64,000 bases of DNA from Oscillospiraceae bacterium LBM23126. GTDB taxonomy: Bacteria > Bacillota > Clostridia > Oscillospirales > Butyricicoccaceae. The DNA lies in assembly GCA_047936785.1 (NCBI GenBank), contig CP176394.1. One strand, 5' to 3'. Each line of letters begins with the position of its first letter. Positions within the stretch are counted from its first letter, which is position 1. This document shows positions 10,197 to 18,564 of this stretch, in pieces. The notes below the pieces were generated by a model. The model saw nothing but the letters and a program-made list of their open reading frames with translations, ran no database searches and was not told where the DNA came from. The translations under genes were made by a program, and so were the position numbers.

Positions 10197-10554
10197 GGGG
10201 GAGTTCCTCCTTCGGTTTCGGCAGGTTATGGATGATTTGGTTGATATGCGCCCCCACGGTGATGGAATCATCCAAAATGAACACCAGTTCGGGGGTATAG
10301 CGCAGGCTCAGCTCGTGGGCAAGCTCACGGCGCAGATAGCCGGAAGCCGATTTCAGCCCGCGCATTAATTCTTTTTCGTTATAATCGCCTAACACGCTGA
10401 TGAACACTTTGCACCAGCGCAGATCGCCCGAAACTTCACATCTCACAATGCTCAGCAGGCCGCCGCTGATGCGGGGGTCTTTCACGGTGCGGATCAATGA
10501 GGATAGGCTGCGCATCACTTCTTCGCTGATGCGGTCGATACGGTTGGAAGCCAT
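10183..10554 (-). CDS. rbfA: ribosome-binding factor A
   Basis: 123 aa, MASNRIDRISEEV... conserved RbfA N-terminus. Confidence 0.9.
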   Translation of the reverse strand: MASNRIDRISEEVMRSLSSLIRTVKDPRISGGLLSIVRCEVSGDLRWCKVFISVLGDYNEKELMRGLKSASGYLRRELAHELSLRYTPELVFILDDSITVGAHINQIIHNLPKPKEELPHDDQ

Positions 10555-10602
10555 AGGAACCTCCTTTTCGCAAACAAGGCCTTTCGAAACGGGGAAAGGA
10601 AC

Positions 10603-12951
10603 TTACTGTTTGATTTCTTCCATGATGAAGGCTTCGATGATGTCGCCTTCCTTCAAATCGTTATATTTCTCAAAGCTCATGCCGCATTCAAAGCCGGTGG
10701 CCACTTCTTTGGCGTCGTCTTTGAAACGCTTCAGGGTGGAAAGCACACCTTCATGCACAACGATGCTGTCGCGCACGATGCGAACCTGGGCCGAACGCTG
10801 CATTTTGCCATCCAGCACATAGCAGCCGGCGATGGTGCCCACGCCCGAAACCTTGAAGGTCTGGCGAACTTCCGCGTGGCCAAGCACCACTTCTTTATAT
10901 TTCGGGGCCAGCATGCCCTTCATGGCCGATTCGATTTCTTCGATGCAGTCATAGATGATGCGGTAGGTGCGGATATCCACATCCAGCCGCGCCGCGTTTT
11001 CGGTGGCGCCGGCGTCGGGGCGCACATTGAAGCCCACGATGATCGCGCCGGAAGCGGAAGCCAGCATCACATCGGATTCGTTGATGCCGCCCACGCCGCT
11101 GTGGATCACGCGCACACGCACTTCTTCGTTGGAAAGCTTTTGCAGCGAAGCGGAAACCGCCTCGGCGCTGCCCTGCACATCGGCTTTCACAATGATGTTC
11201 AGGTCTTTCATTTCGCCTTCCTGGATATGCGTGAACAGGTTTTCCAAAGTAACTTTTTCCTGCATTTTGGCGCGTTCGTCTTTTTCTTCGGTTTTGCGCT
11301 GTTCAGCCAGTTCACGGGCCATGCGTTCATCTTCAACGGCATAGAACAGGTCGCCCGCTTCGGGCACTTCGGAAAGGCCGACGATCTCGACAGGCACAGA
11401 GGGGCCGGCCTGTTCGATCTTCTGCCCGCGGTCGTCGTTCATGGCGCGCACGCGGCCAACGGTTTTGCCCGCGATGACGATGTCGCCCGCGTTGAGGGTG
11501 CCGTTCTGGATGAGCACGGTGGCCACAGGGCCGCGGCCCTTATCCAGCTTGGCTTCGATGACGGTGCCTTTGGCGCGGCGGTCGGGGTTGGCCTTAAGCT
11601 CCTGCATATCGGCGGTGAGCAGAACCATTTCCAAAAGGTCGTCGATGCCGGTATGTTTCAAAGCCGAGATGTTGCAAACGATGGTGTCGCCGCCCCATGC
11701 TTCGGGAACCAGTTCATATTCCGTCAGCTGCTGTAAAACGCGGTCGGGGTTGGCGTTTTCTTTATCGATCTTGTTCACAGCCACGATGATCGGCACATTG
11801 GCCGCTTTGGCGTGGTTGATGGCTTCCACCGTCTGGGGCATGATGCCGTCGTCGGCGGCCACCACCAGAATGGCGATATCCGTCACCTGAGCGCCGCGGG
11901 CGCGCATGGAAGTAAAGGCGGCGTGGCCGGGGGTATCGAGGAAGGTGATATAGCGGTCGTTGAGCTTGACGCGGTAAGCGCCGATATGCTGGGTGATGCC
12001 GCCGGCTTCGCCCGAAGTGACATGGGCGTTGCGGATGGCATCCAGAAGGGAAGTTTTGCCGTGGTCAACATGGCCCATCACCACCACAACGGGGCTGCGG
12101 GGCTGCAGGTTTTCTTCCACATCGGTGCTGTCGTCGATCAGTTTTTCTTCGATGGTGACAATGACTTCTTTTTCGACCTTCGCGCCGAATTCTTCGGCAA
12201 CGACACAGGCTGTGTCAAAATCGATGGTCTGGGAAACATTGGCCATCACGCCCAGCTTCATCAGCTGTTTGATCACATCGGCCGCGGTCTTTTTCAGGCG
12301 CATTGCCAGCTCGCCCACATTGATCTCATCGGGAATCAGCACTTTCAGCTGGGCTTTTTTGGCGCGTTCCAGCTGCAGGCGTTTCAGCTTTTCCTGTTCT
12401 TCCTGCCGTTTTTTGTTGCTGACAAAAGCGTTTTTCTTGTCGGAATTGCGCTTGATCTTCTGCTTGTTCTGGCTCTGGGTCATCTTGGTGGCCTTTTCGG
12501 GAACAAGCGTATCAAGGCGTTCGTCATATTTTGCCAGATCTACAGAAGAACCGCGGGTATCCACCACGGTGATGCGGGGGGCTTTTGTGGCGGCTGCCTG
12601 GGCTGCCTGCGCAGACTGTGCAGACTGTGCGGGCTGGGCTGCGGGGGCCTTTTGGGCTGTTTCCCCTGTGGTGGCTGCGGGGGCGTGTTCTTGTTCATAT
12701 TTGCGCATACGGGCTTCCATTTCCTCCTGACGCTTTTTGGCGGCTTCGGCAACAGGCGCAAAAACCTGATCCAGTGATTCCACCTGGTTATGCTGGGTGA
12801 GATAATCGAAAACTACATCCAGCTCGTTTTCCTGCAGGGCCTGAGCGTTGCTTTTCGGGGCCTGCAAATAGTTACCGAGGATCTCGGTAATTTCTTTGTT
12901 GGGTTTGCCAAAATCTTTGGCGACATCGCTTACGCGGTATTTTATCATCAT
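10603..12951 (-). CDS. infB: translation initiation factor IF-2
   Basis: [13 protein letters not shown]-domain, Ala/Gln-rich N-terminal low-complexity region, 782 aa. Confidence 0.95.
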   Translation of the reverse strand: MMIKYRVSDVAKDFGKPNKEITEILGNYLQAPKSNAQALQENELDVVFDYLTQHNQVESLDQVFAPVAEAAKKRQEEMEARMRKYEQEHAPAATTGETAQKAPAAQPAQSAQSAQAAQAAATKAPRITVVDTRGSSVDLAKYDERLDTLVPEKATKMTQSQNKQKIKRNSDKKNAFVSNKKRQEEQEKLKRLQLERAKKAQLKVLIPDEINVGELAMRLKKTAADVIKQLMKLGVMANVSQTIDFDTACVVAEEFGAKVEKEVIVTIEEKLIDDSTDVEENLQPRSPVVVVMGHVDHGKTSLLDAIRNAHVTSGEAGGITQHIGAYRVKLNDRYITFLDTPGHAAFTSMRARGAQVTDIAILVVAADDGIMPQTVEAINHAKAANVPIIVAVNKIDKENANPDRVLQQLTEYELVPEAWGGDTIVCNISALKHTGIDDLLEMVLLTADMQELKANPDRRAKGTVIEAKLDKGRGPVATVLIQNGTLNAGDIVIAGKTVGRVRAMNDDRGQKIEQAGPSVPVEIVGLSEVPEAGDLFYAVEDERMARELAEQRKTEEKDERAKMQEKVTLENLFTHIQEGEMKDLNIIVKADVQGSAEAVSASLQKLSNEEVRVRVIHSGVGGINESDVMLASASGAIIVGFNVRPDAGATENAARLDVDIRTYRIIYDCIEEIESAMKGMLAPKYKEVVLGHAEVRQTFKVSGVGTIAGCYVLDGKMQRSAQVRIVRDSIVVHEGVLSTLKRFKDDAKEVATGFECGMSFEKYNDLKEGDIIEAFIMEEIKQ

Positions 12952-12954
12952 AGG

Positions 12955-13913
12955 TTAGTTTCCCCCTTTGTTGCGTGGTTGGTTGGTGCCGCGGCCTGCC
13001 TGGGGCCGTTTGGAAGGTGCCTGCGAAAACTTTCGGCCCTGCGGTTTTCCGCCGCGTTCGAACGGCTTTTTCTCGCCGTTTGCGCCGCCGCGAGAGAACG
13101 GGCGGTCGCCATACTGGGCAGGCTTTTTATCGCCGCGCTCAAACGGCTTTTTCTCGCCGTTTGCGCCGCCGCGAGAGAACGGGCGGTCGCCATATTGGGC
13201 AGGCTTTTTGTCGCCGCGCTCAAACGGTTTTTTCTCGCCGTTTGCGCCGCCGCGAGAGAACGGGCGGTCGCCATACTGGGCAGGCTTTTTGTCGCCGCGC
13301 TCAAACGGCTTTTTCTCGCCGTTTGCGCCGCCGCGAGAGAACGGGCGGTCGCCATATTGGGCAGGCTTTTTGTCGCCGCGCTCAAACGGTTTTTTCTCGC
13401 CGTTTGCGCCGCCGCGAGAGAACGGGCGGTCACCATATTGGGCAGGCTTTTTGTCGCCGCGTTCAAACGGCTTTTTCTCGCTCTGAACGGGCTGTTTCTT
13501 TTCGCCGTTCTGCGGGGCTGCCTGTTTGGCGGCTGTGCGGTCTATTTTTTTCTGCTTGCGCCGTTTTTCACGATCCTGCTTTTCCTGCAGCAGGGCGGTT
13601 TCTTCTTCCAAACCGAGCTTTTGCGCCAGAGAAAGGGCAAAACCGGTGTTGGTCACAGCGGCCACGGCGCAGGTGCGCATGCCAAGCGCGACACCCAGCG
13701 CTGTTTTATCGGTGGGCAGCGTGACCACGGGAAGATGAAACTGCGAAGCGATATTTTTGGCCTGCGCGCGGGTGTTGCCCGCGGCATCTTCAGTGATGAG
13801 GATCAGGCGGGCCATATGGTTGCGCGCCGCGTCATAAGCGGGCTCACTGCCGCATTCCAGATCTCCGGCTTTTTTCATCAGCCCGAGAAACGAGAGAAAT
13901 TGATTATCCATGT
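12955..13913 (-). CDS. ylxQ: L7Ae-family ribosomal-like protein YlxQ with long repetitive basic C-terminal extension
   Basis: N-terminal ~100 aa (MDNQFLSFLGLMKKAGDLECGSE...) is L7Ae/YlxQ-like; GAGGTGG RBS before ATG at 13913; followed by 5 copies of a 27-aa KKPFERGDKKPAQYGDRPFSRGGANGE repeat; stop 4 nt before infB start. Confidence 0.8.
13040..13490. repeat. 81-bp tandem repeat, ~5.3 copies, >95% identical, in-frame within ylxQ
   Basis: aaacggctttttctcgccgtttgcgccgccgcgagagaacgggcggtcgccatactgggcaggctttttgtcgccgcgctc unit recurring at 13060, 13141, 13222, 13303, 13384, 13465. Confidence 0.9.
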
Positions 13914-14182
13914 TCCACCTCTTCCTCGGCGATCTGCCGGCGCAATGTTTCATAAACTTCTTCGGGAATTTCGCATTCCAGCGCCCGCGCCAGTGCACGG
14001 GATTTGATGGCTTTTTCTAAACAGGCGGTGCTTTTGCAAAGATAAGCGCCTCTGCCGGATACTTTGCCGCGGCTGTCATAAACGATCTGGCCCTCCGGCG
14101 TGCGTGTGATGCGGCAAAGCTGCGGTTTTTCTTTTTGCGTGCGGCAGGCCACACATTGGCGCACCGGGATTTTTTTTGGCAT
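13904..14182 (-). CDS. ylxR: YlxR/DUF448 RNA-binding protein
   Basis: 92 aa, MPKKIPVRQCVACR...GRGAYLC conserved YlxR pattern; between nusA and ylxQ. Confidence 0.85.
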   Translation of the reverse strand: MPKKIPVRQCVACRTQKEKPQLCRITRTPEGQIVYDSRGKVSGRGAYLCKSTACLEKAIKSRALARALECEIPEEVYETLRRQIAEEEVEHG

Positions 14183-14223
14183 CGTAACAGCCTCCTTCTC
14201 AATTAAATATGTTGCAAATCAAA

Positions 14224-15366
14224 CTACTGTGCGTTTTCTTCGGAAGGTTCGGCTGTTTCAGCGGGCTGTTCTTCGGTTCCGGCGGCTGCCAACAGGTCTT
14301 CGGCCTGAGAACGGGGCTTGATATCGATTTTGCGGCCGGTGAGTTTCGCGGCCAGGCGGGCGTTCTGCCCTTCTTTGCCGATGGCCAGCGAAAGCTGATC
14401 ATCCGGCACAACAACGCTGCAGCTTTTGCCATCGGCCATTGCGGTGACCAAAAGCACATCGGCCGGCGAAAGGGCTTCGGCCACAAACTGAACAGGGTCG
14501 TCGGAATATTTGATGATATCGATTTTTTCGCCCTGCAGTTCTTCTACGATGGCGCCCACGCGGCTGCCGCGGGGGCCCACACAGGCGCCGATGGGATCGA
14601 CATTTTCATCTGTGCTGGAAACGGCGATCTTTGTGCGGCTGCCGGCTTCGCGGGCGATGGAATTGATCACGACGGTGCCGTCGTGGATCTCGGGAACCTC
14701 CAGTTCAAACAGGCGTTTCACAAGGCCGGGATGGGTGCGCGAGATGACGACCTGAGGGCCTTTCATGCCGCGGCGCACTTCCACCAGATAAACCTTGATG
14801 CGGTCGCCTTCTTCAAACGATTCGTTTTTGGCCTGCTCGCCGGCGGTGAGCATCGCTTCTGTTTTGTCGCGCCCGGTGCCGATCTCGATGATGAGGTTGC
14901 CATAGCGCGGGTCAACGCGTGTCACAAGGCCGTTGAGGATCTCATGCTCTTTTGAAGCGAATTCATCGGCTACCATGCCGCGTTCGGCTTCGCGGATGCC
15001 CTGGATGATGACCTGCTTCGCGGTTTGGGTGGCGATGCGGCCAAAAGCGGAAGCATCGATATCGATGCGGATATCATCGCCGATCTCGCAGAGGGGCGAA
15101 TGTTTCGCGGCGTCTTCCAAAGAGATCTCGGCCGCGGGGTTTTCCACATAATCGGTAACGCGTTTGATGGCGTGCATGGAAATGGCGCCTGTTTCGGGGT
15201 TGATATCCACGAAAACATTGTCAGAGGCGGTGTTCTGCGCATCTTTTTTATAGATGGCTTTGTAAGCGGCGGCCAAAGCCTGTGAAATGCGTTCGAGCAT
15301 ATAATCTTTTTTAATGCCCTTTTCTGTCTCAAGGTCGGCCAGGGCCTTGATGAGTTCGGTGTTCAT
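14224..15366 (-). CDS. nusA: transcription termination/antitermination factor NusA
   Basis: S1 and tandem KH domains, MNTELIKALADLETEKGI N-terminus. Confidence 0.95.
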   Translation of the reverse strand: MNTELIKALADLETEKGIKKDYMLERISQALAAAYKAIYKKDAQNTASDNVFVDINPETGAISMHAIKRVTDYVENPAAEISLEDAAKHSPLCEIGDDIRIDIDASAFGRIATQTAKQVIIQGIREAERGMVADEFASKEHEILNGLVTRVDPRYGNLIIEIGTGRDKTEAMLTAGEQAKNESFEEGDRIKVYLVEVRRGMKGPQVVISRTHPGLVKRLFELEVPEIHDGTVVINSIAREAGSRTKIAVSSTDENVDPIGACVGPRGSRVGAIVEELQGEKIDIIKYSDDPVQFVAEALSPADVLLVTAMADGKSCSVVVPDDQLSLAIGKEGQNARLAAKLTGRKIDIKPRSQAEDLLAAAGTEEQPAETAEPSEENAQ

Positions 15367-15381
15367 GGTTGCAATCGCTCC

Positions 15382-15852
15382 TTATTTGTCTTTCATTTTT
15401 GTAAAATCGAAATGCTGGCGGCAAGAGGCTATTTCTTCCAAGGGGAAGATGGTCTGGTTCAAGGTCAGCGTCTGACCATCAAAGGCTTCCAAAACGCCGA
15501 TCTCGGCTTTTTTGCCGTTATGGGGTTTATAGAAAGTCACTTCCACTTCTTTGCCGACAGCCCATTGATAATGCCGGGGAAGGCGCAGGGCGCGTTCAAG
15601 CCCCGCGGAAGAAACGCAGAGGGTATATTCGGGCAAACTGTCGAATTCAGGCGCATCCAGAAGCGGGTCGATGGCGCGGCTGACGGCTTCGCATTCGCTG
15701 ATATCCACGGCGGGATCTTTATCAATGGTCACGGTGAGCAGATAGCGAGGGCCTTCTTTTTCAAAGGTGATATCCCAAATCGAAACGCCCGCTTCGGCGG
15801 CAGGCTTTTCGCACATGGCGGCCACACGGCGCAAAAGTTCTTTTGTTTGCAT
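15382..15852 (-). CDS. rimP: ribosome maturation factor RimP
   Basis: Start at MQTKELL with AGGAGG RBS; upstream in-frame extension to 15966 rejected. Confidence 0.85.
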   Translation of the reverse strand: MQTKELLRRVAAMCEKPAAEAGVSIWDITFEKEGPRYLLTVTIDKDPAVDISECEAVSRAIDPLLDAPEFDSLPEYTLCVSSAGLERALRLPRHYQWAVGKEVEVTFYKPHNGKKAEIGVLEAFDGQTLTLNQTIFPLEEIASCRQHFDFTKMKDK

Positions 15853-16068
15853 AAGCTCCCCTCCTAAAAGATGCTTTATCAATAAGAAAGAGTGGGTTTC
15901 CCCACTCTCCTTGTCAACATACTTCATTAATGATAACAGTATAGCATTGCGGCAAATAAAAAGCAAGAGAAAACATGGCCTAAAACGCGGAAAATCAAAA
16001 AGAAAGGGGAAGAAAAGTTTAAAAAAATTCTCATTTCTCCGTTTTTCGGCCTGTTAGGCCGATTTTTG

Positions 16069-16611
16069 TTACGCTTCCATATGCCGGCCCAAAACGCCGG
16101 CCATCGCCTGGCAGAGTTTTGCCTCGGTTTCGCCGCCCAAAGCGGCCGAAGCATCGCCCAGCAAAGCCACGCTGCCAAGGATATCGCCGCTGCAAAGAAT
16201 GGGGCAGGCGCAAAGCAAGAGGCAGCTTTCGTTTTCGGCGCAAAGGCTCATGCCGCCGTCGCCGTTTTGCTTTTTATAGATCTGGCGGCTTTCCATCAGG
16301 CTTTCCAGCTTTTCGGAAAGCGACTTTTCAAGGATATCGCGTTTCAAACCGCCCGAAGCGGCGATCACGGTGTCGCGGTCGGTCACCGCCGCCGTCAGCC
16401 CCGTGGTTTTGTTCAAAGCGTCGCAGATATCCATGGCAAATTCGCCCTGATCGCCCAGCAGCGAATATTTTTTAAAGATCACCACGCCGTCTTTATCGGT
16501 GAAAATTTCCAGCGGGTCGCCCTCGCGAATGCGCAGTGTGCGGCGGATCTCTTTGGGGATCACCACGCGGCCCAGATCGTCGATTCTTCTCACAATGCCT
16601 GTTGCTTTCAT
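16069..16611 (-). CDS. spoVT: stage V sporulation protein T (AbrB-type DNA-binding domain + GAF domain)
   Basis: MKATGIVRRIDDLGRVVIPKEIRRTLRIREGDPLEIF swapped-hairpin AbrB fold followed by GAF-like domain, ~180 aa. Confidence 0.85.
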   Translation of the reverse strand: MKATGIVRRIDDLGRVVIPKEIRRTLRIREGDPLEIFTDKDGVVIFKKYSLLGDQGEFAMDICDALNKTTGLTAAVTDRDTVIAASGGLKRDILEKSLSEKLESLMESRQIYKKQNGDGGMSLCAENESCLLLCACPILCSGDILGSVALLGDASAALGGETEAKLCQAMAGVLGRHMEA

Positions 16612-16822
16612 ATTTTTCAAACCTTCCTTGTTTGCATATTAAATCATCCGCTTCAGCCGCCGCGCTGTGTCGCGCGGCGTTTTGCGTTGGAATTTGTGAT
16701 TATTATTTGCGCGAGATACCAAGTTATACTGTCATTTCCAGAAAGGTTGATTTTTGGGATTTTGTTTAAAACAGCGATAAAAACGGAAAAAAGCATACAG
16801 ACAGAAAAGAAAAACCCTGCGG

Positions 16823-16851
16823 TTGACATCATGTAATATTTTGGATACAAT
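16823..16851 (+). promoter_or_regulatory. sigma-A-type promoter (TTGACA-17-TACAAT)
   Basis: ttgacatcatgtaatattttggatacaat 25 nt upstream of SLH gene RBS. Confidence 0.55.
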
Positions 16852-16874
16852 GGCAATATATTGAAAAAGGTGGT

Positions 16875-18134
16875 TTGAGAATGAAAAAGAGAATATTTTG
16901 TTTTTTGTTGGCGGCGCTCATGATGGGCAGCACATTCATATTTGCCGCTGGCACATCCCGCTTCAAAGATGTCCCGAATAATTTCTGGGCAACAGAGTCG
17001 ATTGAGGCCCTTGCTTCCGGTGGGCTGGTCAGCGGCTACGGTAATGGTAAATTTGGCCCGTATGACACCTTCCAAATCGACCACATGGCAACTATCATCT
17101 GTAATGCTAAGGGTTACACCTGCGGCGAGAAGGATGGTTATTGGGCATATGGCGCTCTCGACTATTGCATCAACACCTTAAAGTGCCTGCCGTCACAGGG
17201 CAACATTACCTCTGTCAATTATGATAAGGCTTGTTCCCGCGAGTTAGCTATTTATATGCTGATGAAGGCGTTGGGCCCCAATGCCACGGAAAAGTATCGG
17301 GCGGTTGAAGCGACTGACATCCCCGACTTTGCTTCAATCTCTGAAGATTTCCGCCAGACAATCCTTGAGGCTTATCGCTTTGGCATCACAATCGGTGTGG
17401 ATAACAAGGGGACATTCAATCCTAAAAGCAATCTGACCCGTGCCCAAATTGCGGTAATGATGCATCGCGCCGGTTATACAAAGGCCGCACAGAAGCCCGA
17501 AACAACAGAAACCACCGCTACAAACCCGCAGTTGTATGAAAAAATCAAAACACTGGGCGTCTGGACGGAAAGTCAACTTAATAGCTGCCAGATTCTTACG
17601 GCGAAAGACCCTAAGTATGGACGGCTTGAAGTGACCTACTCCAACTCGACTGGGAAGTTGTTTATTGAGGCTCCGGAAACCAACCGCAGTGTATGGTTCA
17701 AAGACGCAAACACCATGGTAGATGTTAATGGTAAAAAGGTGGAGGATGAACTGAATAGCGCTGGCGTTATGGTCTGCTCAACCGGTTTTGGCTATGAAGC
17801 ACGGCAGCTCACTCTCAAGGTTTTGAAAATCATCTATCCGAAAAGCTACATGGATGCTTATGGAGCATTCAAGTCCGCACTGATGGAAGAGGCTTATGAG
17901 TATGGTTTCTGTGAGAGAGCATCAACTCTTCGTTGGTATGACGGAAGAACATTCCTGTGTGAACTGTCGGGGTATCCGTCCAATATTTATAGCATCACCA
18001 TCAGCGAGGCAAACGACACGGCTAACTATAATCAGCAGAAATCCGTACCTGCATCTGGTATGCGACGGTCGTTTCCTTACTACATCGGTTCTAAAGAGAA
18101 AGCGGCCATTGCCTACGAATATAGCAAGTGGTAA
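16875..18134 (+). CDS. secreted SLH-domain cell-surface protein with uncharacterized C-terminal domain
   Basis: Signal peptide; SLH repeats (FKDVPNNFWATESIEALASGGLVSGYGNGKFGP; FADISEDFRQTILEAYRFGITIG); lower GC than flanks. Confidence 0.75.
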   Translation: MRMKKRIFCFLLAALMMGSTFIFAAGTSRFKDVPNNFWATESIEALASGGLVSGYGNGKFGPYDTFQIDHMATIICNAKGYTCGEKDGYWAYGALDYCINTLKCLPSQGNITSVNYDKACSRELAIYMLMKALGPNATEKYRAVEATDIPDFASISEDFRQTILEAYRFGITIGVDNKGTFNPKSNLTRAQIAVMMHRAGYTKAAQKPETTETTATNPQLYEKIKTLGVWTESQLNSCQILTAKDPKYGRLEVTYSNSTGKLFIEAPETNRSVWFKDANTMVDVNGKKVEDELNSAGVMVCSTGFGYEARQLTLKVLKIIYPKSYMDAYGAFKSALMEEAYEYGFCERASTLRWYDGRTFLCELSGYPSNIYSITISEANDTANYNQQKSVPASGMRRSFPYYIGSKEKAAIAYEYSKW

Positions 18135-18163
18135 AAACACAATCTAATGGCATATCAAGAAGG

Positions 18164-18193
18164 AAGGGGGGAGGTTTCCCCCCTTTTGTTTTT
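18164..18193 (+). terminator. intrinsic terminator GGGGGG-aggttt-CCCCCC plus T-run
   Basis: perfect 6-bp G/C stem followed by ttttgttttt. Confidence 0.75.
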
Positions 18194-18250
18194 CATCATT
18201 GAAGAGAATTATTCAACAATAATTAACACAAAGAAGAAGGAGTGTGTAAA

Positions 18251-18514
18251 ATGAAAAAGCCAATTTGGACCAAGTTTTTGTCAGTGATACTGGCATTTAT
18301 CACTATGGTTCCTTTATTTCCGGTTACAGCGTTTGCAGCAGACCCTCCGCCTGCTGCAAACGAGACCGCCCTTGGATATATTGGCCTGTCTGTAACGCCG
18401 ATGATTGGCGGCTACGGTTCAAATTACCTAAATCAAGCGCAACGGCAAAGAAAAAGGGCCTGCCGCCTGTTTTCTCAGACGGCAAGCCCTTTTTATAATG
18501 GGTGGGTTGATTAA
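18251..18514 (+). CDS. small secreted hypothetical protein (87 aa)
   Basis: AAGGAG RBS 8 nt before ATG; N-terminal signal peptide (KKPIWTKFLSVILAFITMVPLFPVTAFA-AD), Gly/Tyr-rich mature region; no recognisable family. Confidence 0.45.
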   Translation: MKKPIWTKFLSVILAFITMVPLFPVTAFAADPPPAANETALGYIGLSVTPMIGGYGSNYLNQAQRQRKRACRLFSQTASPFYNGWVD

Positions 18515-18564
18515 ATCATTGCCATGGTGCAGATGGTGCAGGATTCATGCGGGGGAATTTGAAA

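Noticed and set aside
12790-14007. 405-aa plus-strand ORF antisense to ylxQ/ylxR including the repeat region
   Set aside because: This is the complement of the repeats read in another frame. The L7Ae core and the operon context support the minus strand.
15853-15966. N-terminal extension of rimP (MLFICRNAILL...)
   Set aside because: AGGAGG RBS sits just before the internal MQTKELL, and RimP homologues start there.
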